A stretch of DNA of 64,000 nucleotides from an uncultured Mycobacterium sp. (GTDB taxonomy: Bacteria; Actinomycetota; Actinomycetes; Mycobacteriales; Mycobacteriaceae), in contig CAZGGK010000012.1 in NCBI GenBank assembly GCA_964525125.1, forward strand, positions 16,533 through 80,532. The letters are read 5' to 3'. The notes beneath the pieces are model-generated. The model saw nothing but the letters and a program-made list of their open reading frames with translations. It searched no databases and was not told the DNA's origin. Position numbers and translations under genes: made by a program. This document shows, in pieces, positions 46,162 through 57,487 of the stretch (within the stretch, counting starts at the first letter, position 1; each line of letters begins with the position of its first letter).

Positions 46162-47478
46162 CTAGACGGCCGGCGGGAAGGCCGGTTCGAAGCCGGCGAG
46201 ATCGGCCAGCGTCTGGAAGAATCCCTGCACCCAGCTGCCGTTCATGGCCTGGATGATGCCGCCCACAAACGGGTCGACGTCGAAGGGCGCCGGGTTCTCC
46301 ACGCTGGGCGGCGGATCGGACGGCAGTGGGTTGCCGAAGTCGAAGACCCCCTGCAGGCCCTGCAGGAACTCGACGGCGAAGTCCACCTGCTCCTGGGTCG
46401 GCGCGTTGGCCAGTCCGTTGGCGGTGAGTTCCAGCCAGTGGTCGATGAGCGGGTTGCCCGGCCAGCTGGCGCCGATGGTCTTGACGATGCCCTCCATGGT
46501 CAGGAAATCGGGCAGCTCGCAGTACCCCGGGCAGTTGGGACCGCCCGGGACGAAGGGGTACAGGTCGACCACCAGCCCGGCGGCGACACTCTGCAGAGCC
46601 CGGGCCGTCTCCTCGATGCCGGGGAACTCGAAACCGGCGAGATCGACCGGGGCCAGCAGGCTGTTGAAGAAATTCTGGAACGGCGCGGCCAGGTTCAGCG
46701 TGAACGTGAGGTTCGACCACGGCATCAGGTTCTCGCCGTTGGGGCCGAGGTGAGTGCCCGGGAAGCCGAACACCTCATCGCCGGGAACCGAACCGCCCGG
46801 GCCGACCCCTGAGGAGGGGCTGACCACGGTGCCGAAGGTATACCCGCTGGTCAGCTCCGAGAGCGGCAACTTGAACCACGGGTCGGTCAGCGGGAAGTGC
46901 TGCTTACCGGTCAGGATCGCCAGTGCCCAGATCGTCCAGTCGATCAGCGAGGAGCCGGTGATGGGAGTCGTCGGGTGCAGCGGCGCACACCAGTCCGCGT
47001 TGCACGTCGCGTCCGCCGGGATTTCGGCCGCCGCCAGCAGCGCCAGCTGCTGACCCAGACCGGCGGTGCCGGCCGCGGCGGCCTCCGGGTCGATTTCGGG
47101 GGTGCCCAGTCCGGAGATCGCCTTGAACGGAATCAACAGGTCGATGATCGCCATGAAATGGCCCGGGTCGCCGGGGTCCTCACCCCAGATGTTCGTCGCG
47201 CTCGCGGTGAACCAGGTGCCGGTGAAAAGCAGCGACTTCGCCAGCGTGTCCAGCGCCTCGACCTCGGTGTTGGGAATGTTCACGAGCTGCTGGAACAGGT
47301 TCAGCGGGATGTTGAGGATCGAGTCACCCTCGGCGGTCAGCTGCACCGGCCGGTGGGCGGCCGAGGCCGCGGAGTGCTCAGCGGTGACCGACCCGACCGG
47401 GGCGATGGCAACGGTAGCCGCCGCAGCGATCACTGCGCCCGCCTTCAGATGGCGGCGACGGCGTACAGTTGTCCGCAT
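46162..47478 (-). CDS. Uncharacterised secreted protein, paralogue 2
   Basis: Arg-rich plus hydrophobic leader, VQLTA, TNIWGEDPGDPGHF. Confidence 0.85.
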   Translation of the reverse strand: MRTTVRRRRHLKAGAVIAAAATVAIAPVGSVTAEHSAASAAHRPVQLTAEGDSILNIPLNLFQQLVNIPNTEVEALDTLAKSLLFTGTWFTASATNIWGEDPGDPGHFMAIIDLLIPFKAISGLGTPEIDPEAAAAGTAGLGQQLALLAAAEIPADATCNADWCAPLHPTTPITGSSLIDWTIWALAILTGKQHFPLTDPWFKLPLSELTSGYTFGTVVSPSSGVGPGGSVPGDEVFGFPGTHLGPNGENLMPWSNLTFTLNLAAPFQNFFNSLLAPVDLAGFEFPGIEETARALQSVAAGLVVDLYPFVPGGPNCPGYCELPDFLTMEGIVKTIGASWPGNPLIDHWLELTANGLANAPTQEQVDFAVEFLQGLQGVFDFGNPLPSDPPPSVENPAPFDVDPFVGGIIQAMNGSWVQGFFQTLADLAGFEPAFPPAV

Positions 47479-47566
47479 ATCCGGACCCACTTCCCACATC
47501 GTTACGTACGGTTTGGGTGAGCTTATCCTGAGAGTCGCCTCGTCGCTAATCCGACGCGGGTTCGGG

Positions 47567-48891
47567 TCAGGCCGGCAACACCAGGTCGGTGGCGTCCGGC
47601 CCGAAGGTGGCGGGCTGGAACCCGGCGAGGTCCGCCGCCACCTGAACCACCGCCTGCACCCCGCTGACCTGCATAAGCTGGGTGATATTGGCGACCAGCG
47701 GGTCGACGGCGAACGGTTCGGGGTTGATCGGGTCGGACGGCAACGGGTTGCCGAAGTCGAAAATGGTCTGCAGGCCCTGCATGAACCGGATCGCGAAGTC
47801 GACCTGCTCCGGGGTGGCAGCGTTGGCCAGGCCGGCGGCGTTCAGGCCCAGCCAGTGGTCGATGAGCGGATTGCCCGGCCACAGCGTGCCGATGGCCCCG
47901 ACGATGCCCCCGGTGGTCAGGTAGCCGGGCACGTCGCACGCCCCCCGCAGTAGGGGCTGCCGGGCACCAGCGGGTTGAAGTCGACCACGACGGCGGCCAC
48001 GAGGCTCTGCAGGGTGCGACCCCACTCCTCGAGGGTGGGGAACTCGAAGGCGGACAGATCCGGCGGCGCCAGCAGGCTGTTGTAGAAATTCTGAAACGGG
48101 CCGAGCAGGTTCAGCGTGAAGGTGAGGTTCGACCACGGCATCAGGTTCTCGCCATCCGGCCCGTGGACGGTGCCCGGGAACCCGAAGACCTCGTCGTCGG
48201 GGACTGCCCCGCCCGGCCCCACCCCGGCCGACGGATTGAGAACCGCGGGGAAGGTGTACCCGTTCGTCAGGTCCGAAAGCGGGACCTTGAGCCAATGGTC
48301 GACGATCGGGAACTGCTGCAAGCCGGTGAACGCGGTCAGCAGCCAGATCCCCCGGTCGGTGGGGGCGAAGCCGGTGATCGGGGTGGTCGGCACAACCGGT
48401 GCGCACCAGGTGGCGTCGCATGACTGGCTCGCGGGCAGTTCGGCGGCGGCCAGCAGCGCCAGCTGCTGACCCAGACCCGCGGTGCCGGCCGCGACGGCTT
48501 CCGGGTCGATCTCCGGGCTGCCGAGCCCGGAGATCGCCTTGAACGGGATCGACAGGTCGACGAGCGTCATGAAATGCCCCGGGTCGCCGGGATCCTCGCC
48601 CCAGATGTTGGTCGCGCTCGGGGTGAACCAGTTGCCGGTGAAGAACAGCGACTTGGCGAGCACACCCAGCGCCTCGACCTCGGCGTTCGGGATGTTGACG
48701 AGCTGCTGGAACAGGTTGAAACCGAGGTTGAGGACCGAGTCACCGGCGGCGGCCAGCTGCACGGCCCGGCCGGCGGCCGGCATCGCCGACGGCGCTGTGG
48801 CCGCAACGACCGGGGTGGCTGCGACCACGCTCAGCGCGGCGAGTACCGCCCCGGCCTGTTTACCCCGGTGCCGACCCGCTTCCGCCTGCAT
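47567..48891 (-). pseudogene. Uncharacterised secreted protein, paralogue 3, with a 1-nt frameshift in a G6 run (47941-47946)
   Basis: Similarity to paralogue 2 switches frame at GSPYC|GG; adding one G restores CGGACDVPGYLT...FDFGNPLPSDP. Confidence 0.85.
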
Positions 48892-49009
48892 GCTGCCCCC
48901 TGCTCCCCTGGCGTTGGCGCGCACGTCCCGCATGAGACTCGACCGGCGATCACCGATTCGAACCCGACGCGTGCGGCGGATTCCCAGACCGCTGCAGCGC
49001 GCGCGGTTG

Positions 49010-49744
49010 TCAGTTTAGAGGATGCTCCAGCCAGATCCGGTTGCCGTAGCCGTCCAGGTGCACGACTTCTTCGACCGGTTTGCGGGTGGTCGGCCCGTAA
49101 CGGCCGCGCGGCCAGCCCAGCGGCACGATGCAGCACGGGGTGATCGAGTGCGGCAACCGCAGGGCCCGCCGCGCCGCGCGCTGGCTCCACAGCGGCAGGG
49201 TGATCAGCGAGGCGCCCAGGCCCATGGCCCGGGCGGCCAGCAGCAGATTCTGCACGCTGGGGTAGATCGATCCCCAGTAGGCGGACTCGGCGACATGCGG
49301 CATCCGTACGACCGGCAGCCGTCCGTCCCGGGCACCGAGCCGCAGGCAGGCCACCACCAGCACCGGAATCTGGGTGAAGTGGTCGATCTGCCACTGCATG
49401 GCCTGTGCGATCTTGGCGATCGACTCGTCGCGGGCAACCGCACGCCGCAGCACCAGGCCGCGCTGGATCTTCCAGGCCTGACGGTAGCGCTTGGCCAGCT
49501 GCTCTTTGATTCGACGGTCCTTGACGACGATGAACTCCCAGTTCTGTCCGTCGTTGCCGGTGGGAGCCCGCAGTGCCAGCTCGATGCATTTGAGCACCAC
49601 CGCGTCGTCGACGGGGTCGGAGTAGACCCGGCGGATCGCCCGCTGGGTCATCATCGCCTCGACCAGCGGCATCTCCAGCCGGCCCAGCGCGTCGGCCGTC
49701 GCCGGGGCCGGACCGAACGGGTCGACCGCCGGCCGGTCAGCCAT
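49010..49744 (-). CDS. Nitroreductase family protein
   Basis: TQRAIR, APTGNDGQNWEF, QNLLLAARAMGLG, PLGWP. Confidence 0.9.
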   Translation of the reverse strand: MADRPAVDPFGPAPATADALGRLEMPLVEAMMTQRAIRRVYSDPVDDAVVLKCIELALRAPTGNDGQNWEFIVVKDRRIKEQLAKRYRQAWKIQRGLVLRRAVARDESIAKIAQAMQWQIDHFTQIPVLVVACLRLGARDGRLPVVRMPHVAESAYWGSIYPSVQNLLLAARAMGLGASLITLPLWSQRAARRALRLPHSITPCCIVPLGWPRGRYGPTTRKPVEEVVHLDGYGNRIWLEHPLN

Positions 49745-50240
49745 GTTCGCCGACCCAGGTGGTGGTGAAACGCTGGATCTCGGGCATGCCCCGGGCGAAT
49801 TCACGGGCGATGAAGCCCTCGATCTTGCCGCCGACCAGCGGCACCCTGAACTCCACCGTTCCGGTGAGGTTCAGCCGCGAGCCGTCACCCGACGGCGCCA
49901 GCACGGCCGCACCGCTGCCCGATCCGGGCGCGCCGATCACCGCCACGGTGACCTGTCCGCTCACCGTGCCGTCCCCGGTCGGCGTCCACACCTCGGTGCT
50001 GACGATATTGAGGTCGCGGCGATAGAACGTGGTGAGCATCGACGGCAGCCCGCCGTGCAGCAGATCCTCGGTGACCACCACGGTGACCGTGCCCTCCGCG
50101 CTGACGACCAGCGAGTCCAGTGCCTTCCTGCCGCCGAAGGCCTCGCACCGGGCCAGCCAGTAGTCCCGGTCGCCGAACGCGGCATGCACCTGTTCGACAC
50201 TGGCGGGCGATTCGAACGAGACGTCGAAAGAACGGGGCAT
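49737..50240 (-). CDS. DUF2505 (SRPBCC/START-like) protein
   Basis: MPRSFD, VHAAFGDRDYWLAR, VPLVGGKIE. Confidence 0.8.
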   Translation of the reverse strand: MPRSFDVSFESPASVEQVHAAFGDRDYWLARCEAFGGRKALDSLVVSAEGTVTVVVTEDLLHGGLPSMLTTFYRRDLNIVSTEVWTPTGDGTVSGQVTVAVIGAPGSGSGAAVLAPSGDGSRLNLTGTVEFRVPLVGGKIEGFIAREFARGMPEIQRFTTTWVGEHG

Positions 50241-50246
50241 GCGCGG

Positions 50247-50936
50247 TTACCGGGGCGCGCCGAACAGCCGGCCCGCCAGGCCGGCGGCGAACTTGCGGGT
50301 CAGCTCCAGCTGTTCGGGCGCGACGTTGGTGGGCGGCAGGCGCAGGCCCAGGTACTTCTCGCGGTAGCGTCCGCTGCCCAGGTAGCTGGTCAGCGCCAGC
50401 ATGGAGCGGAGCGAATCACCGGGATAACCGAAATGGATCTCGTCGACGTACCGGCCACCGCATTCCTCGGCGAGCTTGCAGACTTCCTCGAAGTTCTCCT
50501 GCCAGTAGTGCCGGCACACGGTGAACACCGCGAACGGCTTGCCGGCCAACAGTTTTCGCGCGTCGTCGGATTTGAGGAAGGACCGCATCGGCATGCTGGG
50601 GGCACGCCACCAGGTCGGTGACCCGATGCACACCAGGTCGTACTCCCCGTCGTGCACCGCTTCGGGGACCCGGATCTGCCCGGTCTCACCGCGGGACTGC
50701 GCCCTGAACACGCTGAGCATGTCCGGCCAGACCCGCCTCATCGGGAACCGGTTGAATCGCCCGGCATACCGTGGGTCGGTGAACTCGATCGGCGCCTCGA
50801 CCACCTGGCAGCCCCGATCGGCGAACACCTCCCCGGCCGCCCGCAGCACCTTGAGCGACTGGCCCGTGTAGCTGTAGTAGAGCAACAGAATCCGCGTCGG
50901 CGTGCCGCCGCCGCTCGCCCCGTCAGTGTCCGTCAT
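50247..50936 (-). CDS. Flavodoxin-like protein
   Basis: YYSYTGQS FMN loop, IGSPTWW, GKPFAVF. Confidence 0.8.
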   Translation of the reverse strand: MTDTDGASGGGTPTRILLLYYSYTGQSLKVLRAAGEVFADRGCQVVEAPIEFTDPRYAGRFNRFPMRRVWPDMLSVFRAQSRGETGQIRVPEAVHDGEYDLVCIGSPTWWRAPSMPMRSFLKSDDARKLLAGKPFAVFTVCRHYWQENFEEVCKLAEECGGRYVDEIHFGYPGDSLRSMLALTSYLGSGRYREKYLGLRLPPTNVAPEQLELTRKFAAGLAGRLFGAPR

Positions 50937-50983
50937 CGCGTCTCCTTGTTATCCCCGGCCGGTCGCGCACTACCCTCACAGGC

Positions 50984-51814
50984 GTGACCGACAAGATTCG
51001 AGTCGACCTGCACGGCGCCGCCCAGACCATGCTGACCACGCTGTACCTCAAGGCGCTCGACGCCGCCCTGGACCGGCCCATTCTCGCCGACCGGTTCGCC
51101 AGGGCCGCGGTCGAGAAGATCGACTTCGACTTCGACGGCCTGCAGGCAGACGTCAGGTGGGCGCCGCTGGTCACCGTGCGCACCGCCCAGTACGACATCT
51201 GGGCGGGTCAGTTCCTGGCCGTGCATCCGCAGGCCACCGTCATCCATCTCGGGTGCGGTCTGGACAGCCGCGTCTTCCGGCTGGACCCCGGGCCGGACGT
51301 GGCCTGGTACGACGTCGACTATCCGGATGTCATCGCGTTGCGCGAGAAGATCTTCCCCACTCGGCCGGGATATCACCTGATCGCGACGTCGGCGACCGAC
51401 CCGTCCTGGCTGGACCGGATTCCCGCCGGCGGGCCGGTGCTGCTGCTCGCCGAGGGCATCAGCATGTACCTGACCGAGCGGGACGGGGTGGCACTGCTGC
51501 AGCGCGTCGTCGACAGGTTCGGGACCGGCGAACTGCAGATCGACTTCTACAACTGGCTGGGCATCTCCTCCCAGAAGGCGCACCGGCTGCAGCGGCAGTC
51601 CGGTTCGACGCTGCACTGGGCGGTCAACGCGCCCGCCGACATCCTGAACCGGGTTACCGGGGTGCGCCTGCTGGCCGCGGTGACGTTCTTCGACGCGCCC
51701 ACGTTCGGCCGGGTGCCGGCGGGATTCCGCCGCGCCAGCCGCCTGGTGCGCGCGATCGCGCCGGTGCGCCGGATGTTCCAATACCACCGCTACGCCTTCG
51801 GTCCGGTCAGCTGA
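50984..51814 (+). CDS. Class I SAM-dependent O-methyltransferase (LCM/Omt-like)
   Basis: [37 protein letters not shown]. Confidence 0.88.
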   Translation: MTDKIRVDLHGAAQTMLTTLYLKALDAALDRPILADRFARAAVEKIDFDFDGLQADVRWAPLVTVRTAQYDIWAGQFLAVHPQATVIHLGCGLDSRVFRLDPGPDVAWYDVDYPDVIALREKIFPTRPGYHLIATSATDPSWLDRIPAGGPVLLLAEGISMYLTERDGVALLQRVVDRFGTGELQIDFYNWLGISSQKAHRLQRQSGSTLHWAVNAPADILNRVTGVRLLAAVTFFDAPTFGRVPAGFRRASRLVRAIAPVRRMFQYHRYAFGPVS

Positions 51815-53066
51815 CGCCGGTCGCGGTGTGCTGCTCGGCGATCCGGCACAGCGTCGAGCGTATCGCCTGCACCGATCGTTCCGGGTCCGGCCCGTGCGAG
51901 TGGTACTCGATGTTCAACTGTCCGGCGTAGATCTGGGTGAAGTAGATGTCGATCCCCGAGCTGACCGTGAAGTACAGCTCGCCGTGGGTGGCGGTGACGT
52001 CGACGCCGGGCGGGGTCCGCATCGGCGGGACCAGGCCGTTGTTGGACAGCAGCACGACGTCGGGCATGCCCGGCGGATTCCCGACGTACTGCGGGCTGAA
52101 GTGCAGCCGCGACTGCGCGATCACGCCGTCGGACAGGTCCTGCTGAAACGTCTCGGCGATGTCGCGGGCCAACTCGACGGCACTGGTCTTCTGGTTGATC
52201 TCGGCGAGGTAGGTGGCCAGGCCGATCGGGTTGGTGCATCCGGTCGCCGACACCGGCGGGGACAGGAAATACCGCAGGTCGACGGTGTAGACGTAGGGCA
52301 CCGGGATGTTCAGCTTGCCGCGCAACTCCCACTCCGCCATCAGCACGGCCGCCGAGAGCACGGCGTGCAGGCTGAGGTCGTGCGCCCTGCCGAATGCGAC
52401 GACGTCGTCCGTCTCGCGTTCGCTCAACCGGCATGATGCCATTGGAACCCGCACCGGTTCGGTGGGCTTCACGTCGGACACCGCACGCCGGCTGGGCGGC
52501 AGGTCATAGGCGAACAGCGCCGGCATGAACCGCTCGATGCCGGAGCGCTGCTGCTTGTGCACACCCCGGTCGGCGAGCACCGCCTCGATCGACTCCGGTG
52601 CGGGCTGGGCGATGACCGCGCCGCTGCGGCCGCCGCCGACCAGGTCGGTGTAGTGCGACAGCATCTCCTCGACCAGGGCGTACATGTGGTGGCCGTCGGC
52701 GACCGCGTGATGGACGTAGAGGATCGGCTGCACCTGCCCGGGGCGAACGACCACCCGGAAGTGCACCAGCGCCTCGTACTGGTTGAAATGCGGCGGCGCG
52801 GGTTCACCGGCCTGATCGTCGAGTTCCACCACCTCGATGCCGGCCGGCAGCAGGTCGTCGGTGACGAACTGGTGCCGCCCGTCGGGCAGCCGCTCGAGGT
52901 GGGCGGTGAGGATCGGGTGCGCTTCCAGCAGCGCGTCGTAGGCGTCCGACAGGGCGTCGATGTCGATCGGACCCGTCACGTGCGCCGCCAGGCCCACGAA
53001 ATTGTGGGTTTCGGCGAGCATCTCCTCGCTGTTGGCCAGTTTGCGGATAACCGAGGTGGGAAACAC
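51807..53066 (-). CDS. papA5: PapA5-like polyketide-associated acyltransferase
   Basis: [11 protein letters not shown]-terminus, HHAVADG catalytic motif, VDLR; TAGTG overlap with the ppsE stop. Confidence 0.88.
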   Translation of the reverse strand: MFPTSVIRKLANSEEMLAETHNFVGLAAHVTGPIDIDALSDAYDALLEAHPILTAHLERLPDGRHQFVTDDLLPAGIEVVELDDQAGEPAPPHFNQYEALVHFRVVVRPGQVQPILYVHHAVADGHHMYALVEEMLSHYTDLVGGGRSGAVIAQPAPESIEAVLADRGVHKQQRSGIERFMPALFAYDLPPSRRAVSDVKPTEPVRVPMASCRLSERETDDVVAFGRAHDLSLHAVLSAAVLMAEWELRGKLNIPVPYVYTVDLRYFLSPPVSATGCTNPIGLATYLAEINQKTSAVELARDIAETFQQDLSDGVIAQSRLHFSPQYVGNPPGMPDVVLLSNNGLVPPMRTPPGVDVTATHGELYFTVSSGIDIYFTQIYAGQLNIEYHSHGPDPERSVQAIRSTLCRIAEQHTATGVS

Positions 53067-56000
53067 TAGGACAACTCCACCAGGGTCATCTCGTCTTCGG
53101 CCGATTCGGCCGACTCCTCCTCCTGGGCCGCGATCGCCTCGGCGACCAGGTCCGTCGCCGCGGTCGCGAATCCCGCCGCCAGCGCTTGCACGACGGCCGG
53201 GTCGGCCCGGCGGCTGTCGTACCACCAGTCGGTGTGCAGCACACCGCCGGCGCGGTACACCCGAAGCTCGACGGCGTGGCCCAGGCCCGGGATCGTTTCG
53301 CGTACCGGCATCGCGGCGTCGGTGTCGAACCGCACCGGGGCGTCCTCGGTGAACACGTCCGGCAGGTCGGGAATCGCACCGGTGTAGGAGAAGTAGACGT
53401 CCGAGGGCCGGACGGCGCCGAGCAGCCGCGCGGTGGGCGCGTACAGATAGCGCAGCAGGCCGTAGCCGATTCCGTAGTGCGGCACCGCGTTCAGCGTGTC
53501 GTGCACCGCGTCCAGCAGTTGCGGCGCGGCACCGGACGAGCAGGTCAGCGACACCGGATAGACGGTGGTGAACCAGCCCAGCGTGCGGCGCAGGTCGACA
53601 TCCGGTTTGAGCACCGAGCGGCCCGGGCCGCCGACGTCGACCGGGAGCACCCCGTCGCCGATGGTGGCGGCGATCGTCCGGCTCAGCGCGGCCAGCAGGA
53701 TCTCGTTGATCGGCAACCGCAGCCGGCGGCGCGCGTCGTCGATCGCGCTGGTCTGCACGGCGGTCAGCGTCGCCGACACCCGCGCGAGGTCCCCGGCGCC
53801 GGGCGGGTCCGCGACGTCGGACCCGATCCGAAGCGCCGGTGACGCCGGCGCCTGCAGCCAGAACTCACGGCTGTCCAGCACCGCGGGGTGGGTGGCCAGT
53901 GCCGCGCAGCGCTGCGACCACTGTCCCCAGGAGGTGGTGGCCGGCTGCAGGACGATGTCCTGGCCGGCCAGTCGCTGACCGAACGCGGTGAAGATGTCGG
54001 TCAGCAGGATGTCCCGCGACACCTCGTCGCCCACCATCGCGTGCACGCTGATCGCCAGGTAGCCCGGTTCGCCGGAACGCCCCCGGACGTAGCCGGCGGT
54101 GAGCACCGGAGCCGACGGGCCCTGTTCGCGGATCTGCTCGCCCAACAGGTGAAGCACCGCGTCGCGCTCCTGCGGACTGCCCGGTGCGACGTCGTCGGGC
54201 AGCGACCAGATGGCCAACCCGGTGAATTCCCGCGGCTGGCCGATCTGCTGTTCCCAGGTGCCGGAACGCTCCGCGACCAGCAGCCGCAGCGCGTCGTGGT
54301 GGTTGGTCAGCGCGGTCAGCACCGCGCGGACATCGTCGTCGCACACATCGGGCCGCAGCCGCAGGATCAGCGGGATCCGCCAGCGCCCGCGCTCCCGCAC
54401 GCCGTGTTCGCAGAAGTAGGCGATGTTCGGCGGCACCGGTGGATGTTCGGTCTCCCCCGGCGTCTGCCGGGCCAGCCCGCCGGCCGCATACCGCGCCGTC
54501 AGGGCTTTGGCGAGCCCGGTCACCGTCGGGTTGTCGTACAGGTCCTGCGGTGTGAGGTCGAGCCCTTCGTGCGAGGCGGCCATCGCGACGCTGATGGCGA
54601 CCAGCGAGTCCCCGCCGATGTCGAAGAAATTCGCGTTGCGGTCGACCGTGCCGACCCCCAGGCACACCGCCCAGATGCGCTGCAGCGTGGCCTGAATCGA
54701 CGAGCCGTCGCCGGTGCTCCCCGCACCGCCGGCGGTGCCGGCGGCCGCTGCGGCCACGCCGGTCGCGCCGGCCCCCGCAACCCAACTGGCGGCGGCGTTG
54801 TGTTCCACCCAATGCCGTTGCCGCTCAAAGGGATAGCCGGGAATTGAGACGAGCCGCGGCGGACGGTCGCCGCGCAGGGGTGCCCAGTCCACGTCGACGC
54901 CCGCCGACCAGAGCTGGCCCAGCCCGAGCAGGAAGGCGTCGCGGTCGCTGCGGTTCTGCGCGTGGTGGCGCATCAGCCGGACCGCCCGGTGGGTGGCCGC
55001 CCACTTCGGGTGCCGCATCGCCGAGCCGGTCAGCGTGCCACCGGGGCCGACCTCGATGAGCACCCGCTGCGGATCGGCCAGCAGGGCGTCGAGTTCGTCG
55101 GCGAACCGGACCGTCGCCCGCACCTGGCGCGCCCAGGTCGAGGCGTTGGTCGCCTCGCTGGGCGCCATCCAGGTCCCGGTGAGGTTCGACAGCAGCGGTA
55201 TCCGCGGCTCGTGCAGCGTCAGCCGGGACAGGTAACCGGTGAACTCCGGGATCACCGAGTCCATCAGCCGGGAGTGGAACGCGTGCGAGGTGCGCACCCG
55301 CCGCGCCGAGATCCCGGCCTGCCCGAGCCGTTCGGTGAAGGCCCGGATGTTCTCCTCGGACCCGGCCACCACGCAGCTGCCCGGGTCGTTGATGGTTGCC
55401 AGGTCGACCTGATAGGAGCCGTCGGAGAGATACTCGGCGACCTGCTCCGGGCTCAGCGCCACCGCGACCATCACCCCGCGCGGTGCCGCGTGCATCAGCC
55501 GGGCCCGCATCGACACCACCTTGATCGCGGTCGGCAGGTCGAAGACACCGGCGATGGTGGCCGCCGCGTACTCACCGATGCTGTGGCCGGCCATCGCGGC
55601 CGGCTGCACGCCGTAGCGCAGAATCGACTGCGCCAGCGCGTATTCCACGGCGAACAGCGCGGGCTGGGTGCGGTCGGTGCGCTCCAGGTTGCGTGCGGTG
55701 CCGTCGAAGATCTCGGAGCGCAGGTCGATACCCAGTTCCGCGTCGAACCCCGCGGTGCAGGCGTCGAAGTGCTCGGCGAACACCGGATCGGATTCGTAGA
55801 GCCCGCGCGCCATGCCGATGTGCTGGGCGCCCTGGCCGGGAAAGAGCAACACCACGCGCTCGGTGCTGCTCACGTTCGGCACGGCGTCGCCGATGAACAC
55901 GTTGTCGTGCTCGGGTGCCGCCAGCACGGCTGCGGCGTCCCGGCGGCCGTCGACCACCGCGGCCATCCGGACCTGCCCGGTGCGCCGGCGGGTCAGGGTG

Positions 56001-57487
56001 TAGGCCACATCGGCCAGGTCGGGCAGGTCGGCCTCGTCGGGGCCGGACAGTTCGGTGGCCAGGTCGGAGCGGGCCTGCTGCAGCGCATCGGCGGTACGCG
56101 CGGACAGCACCAGCACCTGCGGGCCCGGCACCGCCGCGGGCACCGCCGCGGTCTCCGGCCACTCCTCCACCACCACGTGCGCGTTGGTGCCGCCCACCCC
56201 GAACGAGCTGACCCCGGCGCGCCGGATGCCGTCGGACTCCCAGGGGCCGTACTCGCTGCGGATCGCGAACGGGCCGGAGTCCAGGTGCAGTTCCGGGTTC
56301 GGGCTGGTGTAGTGCAAGGTGGCCGGGATCGCCCGGTGCTTGAGGCACAGGATCGTCTTGATCAGGCTGGCGATGCCGGCCGCGGACTCCAGATGGCCAA
56401 TGTTGGACTTGACCGAGCCGACATAGCACGGGCCGGAACGTTGTTCCTCGGAGACGGCGAAGGCCTGGCGCAGGCCGTCGATCTCGATCGGGTCGCCCAG
56501 CGGGGTGCCGGTCCCGTGCGTTTCGACGTAGCCGATGGTGGCGGCGTCGACCTCGGCGACCGCATGCGCCTCGGCGATGACGTCGGCCTGGCCGGCCGCA
56601 TTGGGTGCGGCGTAGGTCATCTTGGTGGCGCCGTCGTTGTTCAGCGCCGACCCCCGGATCACCGCATGGATGCGGTCGCCGTCGTCGACCGCGGCCTCCA
56701 GCGACTTGAGCACCACCACCCCGACACCGCTGCTGAAGATGGTCCCGTCGGCGCGCACGTCGAACGGCCGGCAGTGACCGGTGGCCGACACCATCGAACC
56801 GGGCTCGTGCCAGTACCCGACGCGGTGCGGCACCCGCAGCGAGGCACCGCCGGCCAGCGCCATGTCGCACTCCCCGTTGAGGATGCTCTGGCAGGCCAGG
56901 TGCACCGCCACCAGCGCCGACGAGCAGGCGGTCTGCACCGACAGCGCGGGCCCGCGCAGGTTGAGCTGGTGCGCCACCCGGGTCGCCAGGTAGTCCTTGT
57001 CGTTGCTCAGCGACAGGTTCACCATCTCGAACGAGACACCCTGACCGATGATCAGGTTCGGGTCGTAGTGCGACATCAGGTTGTGCAGCAGGTAGCCGCT
57101 GGTGGTGCTGGTGCCGTACACGCCGACCGCGCCGTCGAGCCCGGCCGGGTCGTAGCCGGCGTCCTCCAGCGCATGCCAGGCCGACTGCAGGAACAGCCGG
57201 TGCTGCGGGTCCAGCGTCCGGGCGGCCAGCGGGGTGAACCCGAAGAAGTCGGCGTCGAATTCGTCGATGCCGGCCAGCAGTCCGGCCCGCCGGACATAGC
57301 CGTGATTCGCCAGCGCCTTGTCGCTGACCCCGGCGGCCCGCAGGTCGTCCTCGGACAGGTCGACGATCGACTCCACGCCGTCGCGCAGGTTGTCCCAGAA
57401 CGCCGAGAGCGTACTGGCGCCGGGAAACCTTCCGGCCATGCCGATGACGGCGATCGCGTTCGGCGGCAGTTCGGTGCTGCTGGTCAC
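53066..57487 (-). CDS. ppsE: Type I PKS, PpsE-like (KS-AT-ACP-condensation)
   Basis: QTACSS, HGTGT, GHSIG, HAFH, GGDSL, C-terminal condensation-like domain (VHAMVGD). Confidence 0.9.
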   Translation of the reverse strand: MTSSTELPPNAIAVIGMAGRFPGASTLSAFWDNLRDGVESIVDLSEDDLRAAGVSDKALANHGYVRRAGLLAGIDEFDADFFGFTPLAARTLDPQHRLFLQSAWHALEDAGYDPAGLDGAVGVYGTSTTSGYLLHNLMSHYDPNLIIGQGVSFEMVNLSLSNDKDYLATRVAHQLNLRGPALSVQTACSSALVAVHLACQSILNGECDMALAGGASLRVPHRVGYWHEPGSMVSATGHCRPFDVRADGTIFSSGVGVVVLKSLEAAVDDGDRIHAVIRGSALNNDGATKMTYAAPNAAGQADVIAEAHAVAEVDAATIGYVETHGTGTPLGDPIEIDGLRQAFAVSEEQRSGPCYVGSVKSNIGHLESAAGIASLIKTILCLKHRAIPATLHYTSPNPELHLDSGPFAIRSEYGPWESDGIRRAGVSSFGVGGTNAHVVVEEWPETAAVPAAVPGPQVLVLSARTADALQQARSDLATELSGPDEADLPDLADVAYTLTRRRTGQVRMAAVVDGRRDAAAVLAAPEHDNVFIGDAVPNVSSTERVVLLFPGQGAQHIGMARGLYESDPVFAEHFDACTAGFDAELGIDLRSEIFDGTARNLERTDRTQPALFAVEYALAQSILRYGVQPAAMAGHSIGEYAAATIAGVFDLPTAIKVVSMRARLMHAAPRGVMVAVALSPEQVAEYLSDGSYQVDLATINDPGSCVVAGSEENIRAFTERLGQAGISARRVRTSHAFHSRLMDSVIPEFTGYLSRLTLHEPRIPLLSNLTGTWMAPSEATNASTWARQVRATVRFADELDALLADPQRVLIEVGPGGTLTGSAMRHPKWAATHRAVRLMRHHAQNRSDRDAFLLGLGQLWSAGVDVDWAPLRGDRPPRLVSIPGYPFERQRHWVEHNAAASWVAGAGATGVAAAAAGTAGGAGSTGDGSSIQATLQRIWAVCLGVGTVDRNANFFDIGGDSLVAISVAMAASHEGLDLTPQDLYDNPTVTGLAKALTARYAAGGLARQTPGETEHPPVPPNIAYFCEHGVRERGRWRIPLILRLRPDVCDDDVRAVLTALTNHHDALRLLVAERSGTWEQQIGQPREFTGLAIWSLPDDVAPGSPQERDAVLHLLGEQIREQGPSAPVLTAGYVRGRSGEPGYLAISVHAMVGDEVSRDILLTDIFTAFGQRLAGQDIVLQPATTSWGQWSQRCAALATHPAVLDSREFWLQAPASPALRIGSDVADPPGAGDLARVSATLTAVQTSAIDDARRRLRLPINEILLAALSRTIAATIGDGVLPVDVGGPGRSVLKPDVDLRRTLGWFTTVYPVSLTCSSGAAPQLLDAVHDTLNAVPHYGIGYGLLRYLYAPTARLLGAVRPSDVYFSYTGAIPDLPDVFTEDAPVRFDTDAAMPVRETIPGLGHAVELRVYRAGGVLHTDWWYDSRRADPAVVQALAAGFATAATDLVAEAIAAQEEESAESAEDEMTLVELS

